A stretch of 64,000 nucleotides of DNA from Veleropilina oligotropha (lineage: Eukaryota), in NCBI GenBank assembly GCA_048128005.1, contig JBEUKZ010000100.1, positions 124,001 through 188,000 on the forward strand. The letters run 5' to 3'. Numbering within the stretch: the stretch's first letter is position 1; each line of letters begins with the position of its first letter. The translations under genes were made by a program, and so were the position numbers. The notes under the pieces were generated by a model. It was given only the letters and a program-made list of their open reading frames with translations, did not search any database and was not told where the DNA came from. This document shows, one piece after another, positions 62,394-64,000 of the stretch.

Positions 62394-63592
62394 CAGTGGA
62401 TTCCGCTTATTTGCATAGCGAGATTGTCGCGATTATTTATGCTAATAAGCGGATTATGCGTTTAACCGTTACGTAAATTTCGGCAAGTTTTTCGCCGGAA
62501 ATCTCACCCATGATAATTAGCGTACATGTATTTAAATGGTTCTTTATTATTATAAATATATGTCCTTGTAATAAATTTATTTGCAAAGGAGAATTTGCGT
62601 AATGTATTTTTCTTTCCATGAATACGGATTGTATACACAATATTTTGTGGTTATTCTGACCTGTTTCAGTAGAATAGATATATAGTTTACTAGGGTGTGG
62701 AAATTTATATTCTGAATGTTCTATTCTGCTGAACACGTGTCGCGTTATCGGCCGCCATGTTGAAAATTCATCCCTGTTTTAATCTCGAATCGATTTGTTT
62801 TTACAATTATTGAATAATTATTTCTAGCGTTATTTAATTAGTCCAGTATATTATGATATATAAAAAAACTTATAAGACGTCTTCATATATAAATTAAAAT
62901 AATAATTAAAGCACAGTAGTTCTCAACGGCGATGCTACGAAACCAAATCAGGGGAGATAATTTTTTATTTTGTTACAAAAGAAACGTTGTGTTGTTGTTG
63001 TCTTATAATTATGTTATTTATCGGCGAACTAAGTGATGTTCACATGAATACATGTAACGGCACCTTTTACATTGATTCGTAAGCCTAATGTTTGATTTTG
63101 CGTTCAGATAAACCCAAAAGTCTGTCATTTGGACTTTGACAATAGCTTTTAATCCGATTATCGATCGATGTCTGCCATCCCATAATATCCCCGATTGACA
63201 TCGTTCATTTCCGTAACATTTCTACACTGAAACGATGTTTATGGAACTTTCAGTTCCGACTTTTTCCGGAAGTAAAAATTATTTTGAAACCCACGAGGTT
63301 GAAAACATGGTTAAACTTCGAATGTTACTGTTGAATAAACATCTTTACGATGGCGTAGCATGACATACCGGCAAATACGCAAGTATTTTGATCAATTTAA
63401 CGATGTTAATATCAATTATGTATTGTGCAGTCGAAAATTTCTTATGCAAATAAGCGAAAATCCGGTAATTATGCATGCAATTAAACGATTATTTGCATAT
63501 GATAATAATCGTAAACTGTTCTGTTCCTGCAGATTTTATGTAAATATCCGAAATATGCAATTAAGCGTTATGCAATTAAGTGGAATCCACTG
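62394..63592. mobile_element. Tc1/mariner (Tigger/pogo-like) MITE
   Basis: TIRs CAGTGGATTCCRCTTAWTTGCATA, TA TSD. Confidence 0.85.
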
Positions 63593-64000
63593 TAATTATA
63601 TGTGGCATTGGCTTATAATGGTGATTTTCTTTATATTTAACTTATTAACTGTTGCCCATGATATTGACGTAAATGATACAAAATTTGCACCATATCAAGT
63701 TTATCTAGACATAATATATAGCCAAGCTTTTCTCAATTAAATTAGCTAATTAATAAGTAATATATTCTTTATGAAATTATTTTAGACATTTCCTAGCTTG
63801 ATAGGCCTACATGTTAATGCACTATGTTAGCAATGCAATTTTGTTTAGCAAACAAGAACACTTCGATGGATATTTGGAATAGGCTTTATTTATATGCTCA
63901 CTTAGAGACTATTGCCCGTAAATGCGCTCTTTCGCACGAGTTGTCTCTGGCACGAGTTGTCATGACACCATCTATCGCCCGGTTTGCGGAGATTGATACA

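Overview
AT-rich animal genomic DNA. The repeat repertoire suggests a mollusc or other lophotrochozoan; this is inference. The whole window lies inside one large minus-strand gene. I can chain 22 GT-AG exons (62162 to 4383, about 3.9 kb, about 1,300 codons) with fully compatible splice phases. They encode a VWDE-like secreted protein with a module of about 1,030 aa (VWD, Cys-rich/basic region, EGF, Ig-like, LamG/ConA-like, Ig-like); the VWD part then repeats, and both gene ends lie outside the window. The introns are filled with nested mobile DNA. There is a young full-length 11.2-kb Ty3/Gypsy element with 2,210-bp LTRs, ACTG TSD, tRNA-Leu PBS, a candidate -1 frameshift pseudoknot and structured repeat arrays in both UTRs. 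There are also a decayed DIRS/Ngaro-type element split by a pogo-like transposon, four hAT-like MITEs with 5-bp TSDs, Helentron/HINE-like elements, an inverted pair of tRNA-derived SINEs, L2 and Tc1 fragments, and many minisatellites. Most unusual: (i) a 6-unit structured array in the Gypsy 3' UTR, (ii) a transposon end amplified into a 37-copy satellite inside its own TSD, (iii) minisatellites made of splice sites, including seven in-frame acceptors in front of a VWD exon, and (iv) four-level element nesting. All calls were made by eye, with no database search.
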